Assembly (NCBI GenBank): GCA_039714995.1
Contig: JBDLII010000001.1
Coordinates: 1-48,781 of the forward strand
From: Pseudomonadota bacterium
GTDB taxonomy: Bacteria; Pseudomonadota; Gammaproteobacteria; Chromatiales; Chromatiaceae
DNA: 48,781 nt
Direction: 5' to 3'
Shown here: positions 8,432-17,711 of the stretch, in pieces
How the letters are laid out: each line of letters begins with the position of its first letter
Position numbering within the stretch: the first letter of the stretch is position 1
The notes under the pieces: generated by a model
What the model was told of the DNA's origin: nothing
Seen by the model: only the letters and a program-made list of their open reading frames with translations
The model's database searches: none
Program-made: the position numbers and the translations under genes

Positions 8432-9832
8432 ATGCCATTCATCCCCCACACCGCGGATGATGTCAGCCGCATGCTCTCACGCATCGGCGTCGACAGCATC
8501 GAACAGCTGTTCGATGAAATCCCTGCCGATCTCAAATGCGGCGAGCTCGATGCCATTCCACAGGGAATGAGCGAGATGCAGATCACCGCGCTGATGCATC
8601 AGCGCGCCGCGGCGGACGGTCAGCCTCTCTGCTTCATCGGCGCCGGCGCCTACGACCACCATATTCCCGCCGCAGTGTGGGAACTGGCCACCCGCGGTGA
8701 GTTTTATACCGCCTACACTCCCTACCAGGCCGAGGCCAGCCAGGGAACGCTGCAGTTGCTGTATGAATATCAATCGATGATGACCGCGCTGACGGGCATG
8801 GATGTCTCCAACGCCTCGCTCTATGACGGCGCCTCGGCAGTGGCCGAATCCGTCCTGATGGCGGTGCGGGCCAACCGCAAGTCGAAATCCAGGCGGATCC
8901 TGGTGCCGCGCAGCCTGCATCCGGCCTACCGTAAAACCATGCATGCCATCGTGCGCAGCCAGGATATCGAGCTGGTTGAACTGCCGTTTGACATGGCCGG
9001 CGGAAAGACAGACCTCGATGCGCTCAACAGCTACAGCGGCGCTGACATCACCGCGCTGGTCATTCCGCAACCCAACTTTTTCGGCACTCTCGAGGATGTC
9101 GATGCGCTCACCAGCTGGGCCAGTGACAACGGCGCCCTCAGCATCGCTGTCGTCAACCCACTCGCGCTTGCCATGCTCAGACCTCCCGGTGAGTGGGGCG
9201 ATGCCGGCGTGGACATCTGCTGTGGAGAGGGCCAGCCGCTCGGCATTCCGCTCTCCTCCGGCGGCCCCTACCTGGGATTCATGTGCTGCAAACAACGGCA
9301 TGTCCGCCAGATGCCGGGACGCATCATCGGCGCCACCGAGGATCTCGACGGCAAGCGCGGCTACAGCCTCACGCTGCAGGCGCGGGAACAGCACATTCGC
9401 CGCTCCAAGGCGACCTCCAATATCTGCACCAACCAGGGATTGATGGTCACGGCGGCAACCATCCACATGGCGCTGCTGGGCGGCGAGGGGCTGGCGCAAA
9501 CAGCGGCTGCGTCGCATGCTGCCAGCGAGAGCCTGGTTGAAGCTTTGTGCAGCATCGAAGGCGTCGAGGCGCTGTTCAACTCACCCGCATTTCATGAGCG
9601 CGTGCTGAAGATCAACGCCGCGCCCGCAAAGGTGCTGCGTTCACTGGCCGCGCACAACATCCTTGGCGGTTTTGACCTCTGCAATGACTATCCTGAACTG
9701 GGTGACGCCATCCTGGTCTGCGCAACGGAGAGGCGCACGGAGCAGCAGATCGAGGAGTACCGCGACAAGCTGGACCGCATCATGCACCGCCAGGCGAAAT
9801 GTCCCGTGAAACCCAAATTTGATCAAACCTGA
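8432..9832 (+). CDS. gcvPA: Glycine dehydrogenase (decarboxylating) subunit 1
   Basis: Track ORF of 466 aa. [15 protein letters not shown]...[17 protein letters not shown]... is typical of the N-terminal half of a split P-protein. Confidence 0.9.
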   Translation: MPFIPHTADDVSRMLSRIGVDSIEQLFDEIPADLKCGELDAIPQGMSEMQITALMHQRAAADGQPLCFIGAGAYDHHIPAAVWELATRGEFYTAYTPYQAEASQGTLQLLYEYQSMMTALTGMDVSNASLYDGASAVAESVLMAVRANRKSKSRRILVPRSLHPAYRKTMHAIVRSQDIELVELPFDMAGGKTDLDALNSYSGADITALVIPQPNFFGTLEDVDALTSWASDNGALSIAVVNPLALAMLRPPGEWGDAGVDICCGEGQPLGIPLSSGGPYLGFMCCKQRHVRQMPGRIIGATEDLDGKRGYSLTLQAREQHIRRSKATSNICTNQGLMVTAATIHMALLGGEGLAQTAAASHAASESLVEALCSIEGVEALFNSPAFHERVLKINAAPAKVLRSLAAHNILGGFDLCNDYPELGDAILVCATERRTEQQIEEYRDKLDRIMHRQAKCPVKPKFDQT

Positions 9833-9845
9833 CTCTGTGTAGGAA

Positions 9846-9987
9846 GCAGGGCTGGGATTTGCTTTTCAGGGCTGTCTAAAACAAGGATGTTTTAGCAGAG
9901 CTTACAGGGATGTATTCACGCATCCCTGAAAAGCGGGTCCCAGCCCTGCACTAGCCAACTCAAAACACGAAGTTATTGAGCAGTTAC
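9846..9987 (+). mobile_element. Structured repeat, family A, copy 1 (104-bp core plus a conserved terminal 13-mer), between gcvPA and gcvPB
   Basis: The core 9846-9949 is about 93 percent identical to 11874-11976 (6 mismatches and 1 indel by hand alignment). A 26-nt outer inverted repeat (GCAGGGCTGGGACCCGCTTTTCAGGG / CCCTGAAAAGCGGGTCCCAGCCCTGC) encloses two inner hairpins. The 13-mer ATTGAGCAGTTAC lies at 9975-9987, exactly 25 nt after the core, as in copy 2. Confidence 0.7.
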
Positions 9988-10014
9988 TCTATTTGAGAAT
10001 TATGACCATACCTC

Positions 10015-11469
10015 ATGCTAATATTTGAACAATCGCAACCCGGACGGCGCGCTACCGCGCAGGCTCCCGGCAAGACCACTGCCCCGGCTTCCATCCCTTC
10101 GTCGCAGTTGCGCAAGCAGCCCGCCGCGCTGCCCGAAGTGTCCGAGATGCAGGTCGTGCGCCACTATACCCGCCTGTCAAGGAACAACTTCTCGATCGAC
10201 ACGAACTTCTACCCACTGGGCTCCTGCACCATGAAGTACAACCCGCGCGGCTGCAACACGCTCGCCATGCTGCCGGGTTTTGTGGCGCGCCATCCCCATG
10301 CGCCCGAGAGCCACAGCCAGGGCTTCATGGCCTGCATGTACGAGCTGCAGGAGATGCTCAAGGAGGTCACCGGAATGCGCGAAGTCTCGCTGACGCCGGC
10401 CGCTGGCGCACAGGGAGAGTTTGCCGGCATCGCCATGATCAGGGCCTACCATGACGCCAACGGCGATGATGCACGCACTGAAATCATCGTACCCGACGCC
10501 GCCCACGGCACCAACCCGGCGACCGCGGTGATGTGCGGCTACAAGGTGCGCGAGATCCCCACCAGGAGGGATGGCGACATCGATATCAACGCCCTGAAGG
10601 AGGTGCTGGGTCCGCAGACTGCAGGCATCATGCTGACCAATCCATCGACTGTCGGGGTGTTTGAACGCCGCATCCGCGAAATTGCCGACCTGGTGCACCA
10701 GGCAGGCGGACTGCTCTACTATGACGGCGCCAACCTCAACGCCATTCTGGGCAAGGTGCGTCCAGGCGACATGGGCTTCGATGCGATCCACATGAATCTG
10801 CACAAGACCTTCTCGACACCGCACGGCGGCGGCGGTCCAGGCGCTGGCCCGGTCGGCGTCAGCGAACGCCTGATCCCCTACCTGCCCGTGCCGATGATCG
10901 CTTACGACGGCGACAGCTACAGCTGGCTGACGCAAGCCGATCGGCCACAGAGCATCGGTCAGCTCACCGCTTTCGGCGGCAATGCCGGCGTTCTGCTGCG
11001 CGCCTACATCTATGCAAGAATGCTCGGCCGCGAAGGTATGGTGCGGGTTGCGGACTACGCGACCCTGAATGCCAACTACCTGATGAAGCTGCTGACCGAT
11101 GCCGGTTTCCAGGCGGCCTATCCGGAACGCCGGGCCAGCCATGAATTCATCATCACGCTTAAAAAAGAGGCCAGGGAGCAGGGCGTCAGCACCATGGACT
11201 TCGCCAAGCGCATGCTCGACTACGACGTACACGCGCCAACCACCTACTTCCCGCTGCTGATCCCCGAATGCCTGTTGATCGAGCCAACCGAGACCGAGAC
11301 CGCTGAAGAGCTGGACAACTTTGCCGGGGTGATGAGAAAGATCAAACACGAGGCTGAACACCAGCCCGAAACCGTCGCCACGGCGCCGCATCAGATGCCG
11401 GTCAAGCGCCTCGACGACGTCAAGGCGGCGCGTGAGCTCGATCTGCGCTGGCAGCCACCGGAGTCATAG
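10015..11469 (+). CDS. gcvPB: Glycine dehydrogenase (decarboxylating) subunit 2 (PLP-binding)
   Basis: Track ORF of 484 aa. The motifs [13 protein letters not shown]...CTMKYNP...[16 protein letters not shown] are characteristic. Confidence 0.9.
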   Translation: MLIFEQSQPGRRATAQAPGKTTAPASIPSSQLRKQPAALPEVSEMQVVRHYTRLSRNNFSIDTNFYPLGSCTMKYNPRGCNTLAMLPGFVARHPHAPESHSQGFMACMYELQEMLKEVTGMREVSLTPAAGAQGEFAGIAMIRAYHDANGDDARTEIIVPDAAHGTNPATAVMCGYKVREIPTRRDGDIDINALKEVLGPQTAGIMLTNPSTVGVFERRIREIADLVHQAGGLLYYDGANLNAILGKVRPGDMGFDAIHMNLHKTFSTPHGGGGPGAGPVGVSERLIPYLPVPMIAYDGDSYSWLTQADRPQSIGQLTAFGGNAGVLLRAYIYARMLGREGMVRVADYATLNANYLMKLLTDAGFQAAYPERRASHEFIITLKKEAREQGVSTMDFAKRMLDYDVHAPTTYFPLLIPECLLIEPTETETAEELDNFAGVMRKIKHEAEHQPETVATAPHQMPVKRLDDVKAARELDLRWQPPES

Positions 11470-11471
11470 CA

Positions 11472-11849
11472 ATGGGAAATCAGCAGGCCAGAGGCATCAA
11501 GCGGCTGGTCAACGCCTTCGGCTACTCGATGCTGGGGTTTCGGGCCTGCTTCAAACATGAAGAGGCATTCCGCCAGGAGGTCTACGCCTCGCTGCTGCTG
11601 GTTCCGCTGGCGCTCTACCTGGGCAGTGACGGGGTTGAACGGGCGCTGCTGCTAGGCAGCTGGCTGATCGTTCCGTTGGTAGAACTGCTCAACTCGGCGA
11701 TCGAGGCCGCCATCGACCGCATCGGCTCGGAACATCATCAACTCTCCGGGCGCGCCAAGGATATCGGCTCCGCGGCCGTTTTTCTCGCCCTGCTGACAAC
11801 CGCCTTGGTATGGCTGCTGGTCTTGCTTCCCCGGCTGCCGGTGGCGTAA
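11472..11849 (+). CDS. dgkA: Diacylglycerol kinase (membrane, DgkA family)
   Basis: Track ORF of 125 aa. The block ..FRACFKHEEAFRQE...ELLNSAIEAAIDRIG...SGRAKDIGSAAV matches DgkA. It starts 3 nt after the gcvPB stop. Confidence 0.85.
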   Translation: MGNQQARGIKRLVNAFGYSMLGFRACFKHEEAFRQEVYASLLLVPLALYLGSDGVERALLLGSWLIVPLVELLNSAIEAAIDRIGSEHHQLSGRAKDIGSAAVFLALLTTALVWLLVLLPRLPVA

Positions 11850-12014
11850 CATCTCAATATCTCCATGCAGGGAGCAGGGCTGGGACCCGCTTTTCAGGGC
11901 TGTCTAAAACAGGATGTTTTAGCAGAGCTTACAGGGATGTATTCACGCGCCCCTGAACAGCGGGTCCCAGCCCTGCACGTATTCCAGTAACCCCAGGATT
12001 GATGGAGAAGTTAC
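11846..12014 (+). mobile_element. Structured repeat, family A, copy 2, bracketed by 13-bp terminal inverted repeats shared with the element at 16428-16574
   Basis: The core is 11874-11976. The left end GTAACATCTCAAT (11846-11858) contains the dgkA stop codon. The right end ATGGAGAAGTTAC (12002-12014) is its imperfect inverse. Both match the termini GTAACTTCTCAAT / TTTGAGAAGTTAC of the 16.4-kb element at 12 of 13 positions. Confidence 0.6.
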
Positions 12015-12058
12015 GAACAATGCCTTCAACAAACCCAACCAGCAGACCAGGATAGCCT

Positions 12059-13849
12059 GTGGAAACAGCGACGCCAGAGAACAGGCCGGGATCGAAAGAG
12101 ACCTATCTGCGCCTGCTCGGCTACATCAAGCCCTACCGGAAGCAGTTCGCAATCACCATTGGCGCAATGATTCTGCTCGGCCTCTCAGAAGCCGGTGTGC
12201 CTGTGCTGATCAAACCCCTGCTCGACGGCGGTTTTGTAGAAAAGGATATCGACAGCCTGAAGGTGACGCTGACGCTGCTGATCCTGCTGTTTGTCGTCCG
12301 TGGAATATTCCTGATGCTGTCAAAGGGAATGATGGGGTGGATTTCGGGCAAAATTGTGCTGGATATTCGCAGCAGTATGTTTGATCGCCTGCTACACCTG
12401 CCGACTCGTTATTATGACGCACACGCTTCCGGCGCCCTCATGTCAAAGGTTACTTATAACGTAACAATGGTCACGGCCGCGGCAACCAGTACCATCATGA
12501 CCCTGATCAGGGATACCGTGACGGTCATTGTGCTGCTTGCCTACGCCCTCTATCTCAACTGGAAGCTGACCCTCACGATTTTTATTATTATTCCCCCCAT
12601 GATTCTGGTCGCAAAAGCATTCTCTAAAAGGGTTCGCCGTTTCAGTCATGCAAACCAGGACAGCATCGGCGAGATGACTCATATCCTTCAGGAGAGCATC
12701 AAGGGGCACAAGGTCGTCAAGATTCATGACGGGCTGGCGTACGAAAAGGGGCGTTTTCACAAGGTCGCCAACCGCATCCGCCAGTTTCAACAAAAGGTTG
12801 TTCTTGCCGGTGCGGGCAATACCGCCGTGGTGGAGATGATCACTGCGGTCAGTGTCAGCGGCGTGATCATTCTGAGCACCCTCTACGCGATCCAGGAACA
12901 GCAGACAATCGGGCATCTGCTTGCCTTTTATACAGCATTGGGGTTGACCTTGTCCCCGGCCAAGCGCCTCGCCTCTGCCCTGCAGCCACTGCAAAAGGGG
13001 CTGGCTGCCGCTGAGTCAATCTTTGAACTGCTCGACGAAGAGCGGGAGAGAGACCGGGGAACGCATGAACTGACCCGTGTGAATGGCGATATCATATTTC
13101 ACAATGTTTCCTTCAGCTACCCGGATGCTAGCAAACAGGTCCTGAAGAACATCAACCTGAACTTGGAAAAGGGGATGAATATTGCACTGGTCGGCCACTC
13201 CGGAAGCGGCAAATCGACCATCGCCAACCTGATTCCGCGTTTTTACGAGATCGACCAGGGCTCCATCACCCTGGATGGCATGGATCTGCGCGATATCACG
13301 CTGAAGAGCCTGCGCGCGCAGATCGCCTATGTCAGCCAGGATATCGTGCTGTTCAACGACAGCGTCCTCGCCAACATCACCTACGGCCTGTCGCCGGCGC
13401 CAGACATGGAGAATATCCGGGAGGCCGTCAAACTTGCTAATGCAGACGAGTTTGTCAACCTCCTGCCAAACGGCCTTGATACCCAGCTCGGCGAAGACGG
13501 CGCTACCCTCTCCGGCGGACAACGCCAGCGCCTGGCCATCGTGCGCGCATTTCTGAAAGATTCACCCTTGCTGATTCTTGACGAAGCGACTTCGGCCCTG
13601 GACACAAAAACCGAAGAGCTGATCGAGGAGTCCCTGACCCGGCTGAAAAGCAGCAGGACCACCATCACCATCGCCCACAGACTCTCCACCATTATCAATG
13701 CTGACAGAATCTACGTGATGCAGGACGGCGAGATCAACGCCACGGGAACCCACACCGAGCTGCTGCAAAGCTCCCCACTCTACCGCCAGCTCTATCAAAG
13801 CGGAAAACCGGATGCGAGCAGCTTCAATCCGGATGATCAACAGGGGTGA
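12059..13849 (+). CDS. msbA: Lipid A export ABC transporter (ATP-binding/permease)
   Basis: Track ORF of 596 aa with a GTG start. It has an N-terminal six-helix ABC exporter domain, Walker A GHSGSGKST, signature LSGGQRQR and Walker B LILDEATSALD. It sits next to heptose and LPS-core genes. Confidence 0.85.
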   Translation: METATPENRPGSKETYLRLLGYIKPYRKQFAITIGAMILLGLSEAGVPVLIKPLLDGGFVEKDIDSLKVTLTLLILLFVVRGIFLMLSKGMMGWISGKIVLDIRSSMFDRLLHLPTRYYDAHASGALMSKVTYNVTMVTAAATSTIMTLIRDTVTVIVLLAYALYLNWKLTLTIFIIIPPMILVAKAFSKRVRRFSHANQDSIGEMTHILQESIKGHKVVKIHDGLAYEKGRFHKVANRIRQFQQKVVLAGAGNTAVVEMITAVSVSGVIILSTLYAIQEQQTIGHLLAFYTALGLTLSPAKRLASALQPLQKGLAAAESIFELLDEERERDRGTHELTRVNGDIIFHNVSFSYPDASKQVLKNINLNLEKGMNIALVGHSGSGKSTIANLIPRFYEIDQGSITLDGMDLRDITLKSLRAQIAYVSQDIVLFNDSVLANITYGLSPAPDMENIREAVKLANADEFVNLLPNGLDTQLGEDGATLSGGQRQRLAIVRAFLKDSPLLILDEATSALDTKTEELIEESLTRLKSSRTTITIAHRLSTIINADRIYVMQDGEINATGTHTELLQSSPLYRQLYQSGKPDASSFNPDDQQG

Positions 13850-13918
13850 CTTCCATTACCGGGAGGTGGCCAATGCGGACGACTGGAAATTGAACGATGA
13901 TGACTGCCTGGTGACAGC

Positions 13919-14431
13919 ATGAACAAAGCCGTTTTTCTCGACCGCGATGGCGTCATCAATATCGATAGCGGCTATGTCGGCAAGATCGAGGATTTCATGT
14001 TTGTCGACGGCATCATCCCCGCCCTGCTGCACGCGCAACAGCAGGGATTTCTGCTGATCGTCGTGACCAACCAGTCCGGCATAGGCCGCGGCTTCTACAC
14101 GGAAGAGGATTTCCAGCGGCTGACTGCCTGGATGAAGTCCGAACTTGCCCGGCATGGGGTCTTTGTCGATGCCGTCTTTCACTGCCCGCATACCGATGCG
14201 GACCACTGTGCATGCAGAAAACCGAAGGCCGGGCTTTTCCTGCAGGCAATTGATCAATATGATGTAGACTGTGACAATTCATGGATGGTAGGCGATAGTG
14301 AACGTGATATACAGGCTGCTCTCGCTGCCGGCATCGGCCATACTGTTCTCTTCGATCCTGACAACAACAAGGCAACAGCGGCCGGACTGACCATCACCTC
14401 CCTGAATGAGCTGTCAACCTTGCTGACCTGA
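13919..14431 (+). CDS. gmhB: D-glycero-beta-D-manno-heptose 1,7-bisphosphate 7-phosphatase
   Basis: Track ORF of 170 aa. It carries the HAD motifs FLDRDGVIN, VTNQSGIGRG, CxCRKP and GDSERD. Confidence 0.85.
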   Translation: MNKAVFLDRDGVINIDSGYVGKIEDFMFVDGIIPALLHAQQQGFLLIVVTNQSGIGRGFYTEEDFQRLTAWMKSELARHGVFVDAVFHCPHTDADHCACRKPKAGLFLQAIDQYDVDCDNSWMVGDSERDIQAALAAGIGHTVLFDPDNNKATAAGLTITSLNELSTLLT

Positions 14432-14434
14432 TCT

Positions 14435-15853
14435 ATGACCAGACAACCTCACATTGTCGTCATCGGCGACCTGATGCTGGACCATTACCTGTGGGGCGAG
14501 TGCCAGCGGATCTCTCCGGAAGCACCGGTTCAGGTCGTCAATATCAGCAATGAGTCACACTCGCTGGGCGGTGCGGGAAACGTCATCAACAACCTGATCT
14601 CTCTCGGCTGCAAGGCAAGGGTCATCGGCGCCACAGGGAATGATCAAACGGCTGAAACCCTGAAGCAGCTGCTGCTCGACCAGCGGGTCGACACCAATGG
14701 CATCATTGCCGATGCGTCACGCCGCACCACCATCAAAAGCCGTATCATCGCTTCCCATCAGCAGATCGTGCGCTACGACCAGGAGAGCAGCGACCCGGTC
14801 AGCAGCACGACTGAAGAGCAGATGCTGGCGGCGCTGCAAAAGCAGCTCGAAACCTGTGACATCGTACTGATCTCTGATTACGCCAAGGGGGTGCTGACAG
14901 CCTCATTTACGCAGCAGATCATCAAGCTGTGCAACAGCCACGGCATCAGGGTGCTGGTCGACCCCAAGGGAGACGACTATGCGAAGTATGCCGGCGCCTG
15001 GCTGATCAAGCCAAACAGAAACGAAACCCGTGATGCCACAGGCATCACCCCCGATGAAGAGCCATTGATCCGTGAGGCCGGGGAACTGCTGCGCAGTAAT
15101 TATCAGATCAGCAATGTCCTCATCACCCTCTCCGACGAGGGCATGTCGCTGATCAGCGGTGACCGGTTTACGCAGTTTCCGGCGCATGCCATCGAGGTAT
15201 TCGATGTCACCGGCGCGGGAGACACGGTACTGGCGGTCCTGGGCTACTCACTGGCCAGCGGCAGCACGCTCAAACAGGCTGTCGAGCTGGCTAACGCAGC
15301 TGCAGCCGTGGTCGTCGGCAAGCTCGGCAGCGCCACCGTCACCATCGACGAGATCCAGCGCTACCAGTCACGCGAACAGTTGACTGTCGACAGCCAGCAA
15401 TCCATCGTCAGTCTCAACAGCCTGCAGCCCATCGTCGAGACTGAAAAGCGGCGCAATCGGAGAATCGTCTTCACCAACGGCTGCTTCGACATCATCCATG
15501 CCGGTCACATCCACTATCTCTGCAAAGCCAGGGAGCTGGGGGACATCCTGATTGTCGGACTCAATTCCGACGCCTCCGTAAAGAGACTCAAGGGCAGCGG
15601 CCGGCCGATCAACAGCGAGCAGGACCGGGCATTCGTACTTGCCGCTCTCCAGGCCGTTGACTATGTCGTGATCTTTGATGAAGAGACTCCCTACGATCTC
15701 ATCAAGAGCATCTCGCCGCAGCTGCTGGTCAAAGGCGGCGACTACCGTATCGAGGAGATCATCGGCCGCGAGTTCGCCGATGAGACCATCGTGCTGCCTT
15801 TTATCGACGGCAAGAGCACCAGCACCACCATCGAGGCGATTCGCGCACTATGA
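14435..15853 (+). CDS. hldE: Bifunctional D-beta-D-heptose 7-phosphate kinase / heptose 1-phosphate adenylyltransferase
   Basis: Track ORF of 472 aa. It has an N-terminal ribokinase-like domain (..DVTGAGDTV..) and a C-terminal cytidylyltransferase domain ([17 protein letters not shown]). Confidence 0.9.
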   Translation: MTRQPHIVVIGDLMLDHYLWGECQRISPEAPVQVVNISNESHSLGGAGNVINNLISLGCKARVIGATGNDQTAETLKQLLLDQRVDTNGIIADASRRTTIKSRIIASHQQIVRYDQESSDPVSSTTEEQMLAALQKQLETCDIVLISDYAKGVLTASFTQQIIKLCNSHGIRVLVDPKGDDYAKYAGAWLIKPNRNETRDATGITPDEEPLIREAGELLRSNYQISNVLITLSDEGMSLISGDRFTQFPAHAIEVFDVTGAGDTVLAVLGYSLASGSTLKQAVELANAAAAVVVGKLGSATVTIDEIQRYQSREQLTVDSQQSIVSLNSLQPIVETEKRRNRRIVFTNGCFDIIHAGHIHYLCKARELGDILIVGLNSDASVKRLKGSGRPINSEQDRAFVLAALQAVDYVVIFDEETPYDLIKSISPQLLVKGGDYRIEEIIGREFADETIVLPFIDGKSTSTTIEAIRAL

Positions 15854-16419
15854 AATCGGTGATAGAGACAGCGTTCATGCGTCACCTGCAGGTCTTCGAG
15901 ATGAGTATGGAGGCGCTGCTGCCTGATATCGAGAGAGCCTGTGAAACAGCCATCACGACTCTGAAAACCGGCAACAAGATCCTGCTGTTCGGCAACGGCG
16001 GCAGCGCCGCGGACGCCCAGCATATTGCCGCGGAGCTGACCGGGCGATATCAAAGCAGTTCACGCCGCGGCCTGCCGGCCATTGCACTGACCACCGACAG
16101 CTCGGCGTTGACATCAATCGGCAACGATTTCGGTTTCGAGCAGCTTTTCTCCAGGCAGGTCGAGGCACTGGCTTCATCCGGTGACATGCTGATCGGCATC
16201 TCGACATCAGGAAACAGCAGCAATGTACTTGCCGCTCTGGAGCAGGGGGGAGATTACTGCACGAGCATCGGGCTGAGCGGAAACGGCGGCGGTGAGATGC
16301 AGCAGCTGTGCGACATCAATATCGTCGTCCCTTCAACCGAGACCCCGCGCATCCAGGAGATGCATATCCTCATCGGCCACATCCTGTGCGAAATGGTCGA
16401 TCGTCATTTCAGTTCATAG
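15850..16419 (+). CDS. gmhA: Phosphoheptose isomerase (SIS domain)
   Basis: Track ORF of 189 aa. The motifs are ..[23 protein letters not shown].. and ..GISTSGNS... The ATGA start overlaps the hldE stop. Confidence 0.9.
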   Translation: MKSVIETAFMRHLQVFEMSMEALLPDIERACETAITTLKTGNKILLFGNGGSAADAQHIAAELTGRYQSSSRRGLPAIALTTDSSALTSIGNDFGFEQLFSRQVEALASSGDMLIGISTSGNSSNVLAALEQGGDYCTSIGLSGNGGGEMQQLCDINIVVPSTETPRIQEMHILIGHILCEMVDRHFSS

Positions 16420-16427
16420 GATGTGCT

Positions 16428-16574
16428 GTAACTTCTCAATCTCCCGTGTCTATCGAACTCACTGTCATTTCGACCGAAGGGAGACATCTTCAGGCTTCCG
16501 TGATATTGGATTAACAGATCTCTCCCTTCGGTCGAGATGACATACAGCTCCGCATGGCTTTTTTGAGAAGTTAC
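16428..16574. mobile_element. MITE-like element (147 bp) with 12/13-bp terminal inverted repeats and an 8-9 bp target-site duplication
   Basis: The TIRs are GTAACTTCTCAA (16428-16439) and TTGAGAAGTTAC (16563-16574). The direct repeat GATGTGCT(G) lies immediately outside both ends (16420-16427/8 and 16575-16582/3). A long internal inverted repeat is GTCATTTCGACCGAAGGGAGA / TCTCCCTTCGGTCGAGATGAC. No ORF is present. Confidence 0.65.
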
Positions 16575-16619
16575 GATGTGCTGGGTAAAAGTCGATTATT
16601 CAGAGGTTCTCTACTGCTA

Positions 16620-17711
16620 TTACCTCTCTCTCGCCAACAGCTGTTGATAGACTGCAAGATTCCCCTGCACCATTGCAGGCACGGAGAACGCAACCTCCAC
16701 GAGCTGCCTTGCCGCTGCAGCCATTTTCCCAGCCTTCTGCGGCTGATTCAGTAACTGGTCGATCGCGGATTCCAGCGCCCCCACATCCGCCGGAGCGACC
16801 AGGAGCCCGGTCATGCCGTGACGCACAATCTCGGGAATACCCCCCACCGCCGAGGCGACTATCGGCACGCCGGATGCTGCCGCCTGCAGTAGTGAAACCC
16901 CCAGGCCTTCCATCTCGGCAGGATGCACCAGCAGGTCAAGGTTGGACATCACCCTCTCCAGGTCATCCCGAAATCCGACCAGACGGACTCTCTCCTGCCA
17001 GCCGGCAGCATTGATCTGCTCCTGCAAATTCTCTTGCAGCGGACCACGGCCAAAAAACAGCACCTTCAGATGTGGATGTTTCCTGAACAATTGCGGCAAA
17101 GCGTCCAGCAGATAGCGATGCCCCTTGCGCACTATCAACTGGGCAACGACGCCGATCACGATATCCTGATCCGTGAGATCGAACTCCTGATGAAACCATG
17201 GACGATCTGCGCCAGGGACATACTGATCACAATCGACTGCACTGGGCACGCAGGCCAGTTTTTTCAGCGGAATCCCTTCACTCGCCAGGACGCAGCGAAT
17301 AGCCTGCGAGATCGTCACCACCTGGTCATAGAGCCGGTACTTGATCGCGGCTACCAGTCTGGGCTCCGGATTATCCACCCTGCGGCTCAGGACAACAGGG
17401 ACGCCCGCCATGCGTGCGGCAATCCCGCCAAGGGTGTCGCATCCCCGCCGGCTATGCAGATGGACAAGGTCCGCCTGCTCCTGCTTGATGATGGTTTTAA
17501 GGCGCCGAATAAAGGCGACATCCAGGTCTCCTTTAATGGTGACAGGATGGATGCTGTCCGCCCAGGCGCTGACCGCTTCGGCCAGCGGGGCGCTTTGTTC
17601 GCAGACTAGGATGTTATGGACGCCTTCATTCGCGAGTCCCTCGATCAGATAGCGGACCTGCAAACTGCCGCCATAGAGATGGCGTCCCGTTTCGACATGC
17701 AATATTTTCAA
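16620..17711 (-). CDS. Glycosyltransferase family 4 (GT-B fold), not one of the five-paralog set
   Basis: Track ORF of 363 aa. It begins MKILHVETGRHLYGG and has the E-x7-E region VHPAEMEGLGVSLLQAAASGVPIVAS. Confidence 0.8.
   Translation of the reverse strand: MKILHVETGRHLYGGSLQVRYLIEGLANEGVHNILVCEQSAPLAEAVSAWADSIHPVTIKGDLDVAFIRRLKTIIKQEQADLVHLHSRRGCDTLGGIAARMAGVPVVLSRRVDNPEPRLVAAIKYRLYDQVVTISQAIRCVLASEGIPLKKLACVPSAVDCDQYVPGADRPWFHQEFDLTDQDIVIGVVAQLIVRKGHRYLLDALPQLFRKHPHLKVLFFGRGPLQENLQEQINAAGWQERVRLVGFRDDLERVMSNLDLLVHPAEMEGLGVSLLQAAASGVPIVASAVGGIPEIVRHGMTGLLVAPADVGALESAIDQLLNQPQKAGKMAAAARQLVEVAFSVPAMVQGNLAVYQQLLARER

Noticed and set aside
8477-9517. Long antisense ORFs opposite well-supported genes. 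Examples are 8477-9517(-) in gcvPA, 10177-11391(-) in gcvPB, 25390-26418(+) in the epimerase gene, 30388-31554(+) in aprA, 33561-34838(+) across dksA-like/tatD/pilZ, 38054-38866(+), 41151-41936(+) and 42852-43874(+).
   Set aside because: These are typical shadow ORFs of GC-rich coding DNA. Their translations are Arg/Ala/Gly/Pro-rich low-complexity sequence with no recognisable motifs. Every one lies opposite a gene with strong family signatures.
9846-11976. Whether the repeated 104-bp units could be a CRISPR array or intrinsic terminators. Their internal GTTTTAGCAGAGC superficially recalls a Cas9 repeat.
   Set aside because: There are only two copies, 2 kb apart, with essential coding genes between them, and no cas genes. 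The units are long self-complementary palindromes rather than repeat-spacer units. Neither is followed by a T-run. The resemblance to a Cas9 repeat covers only a few bases.
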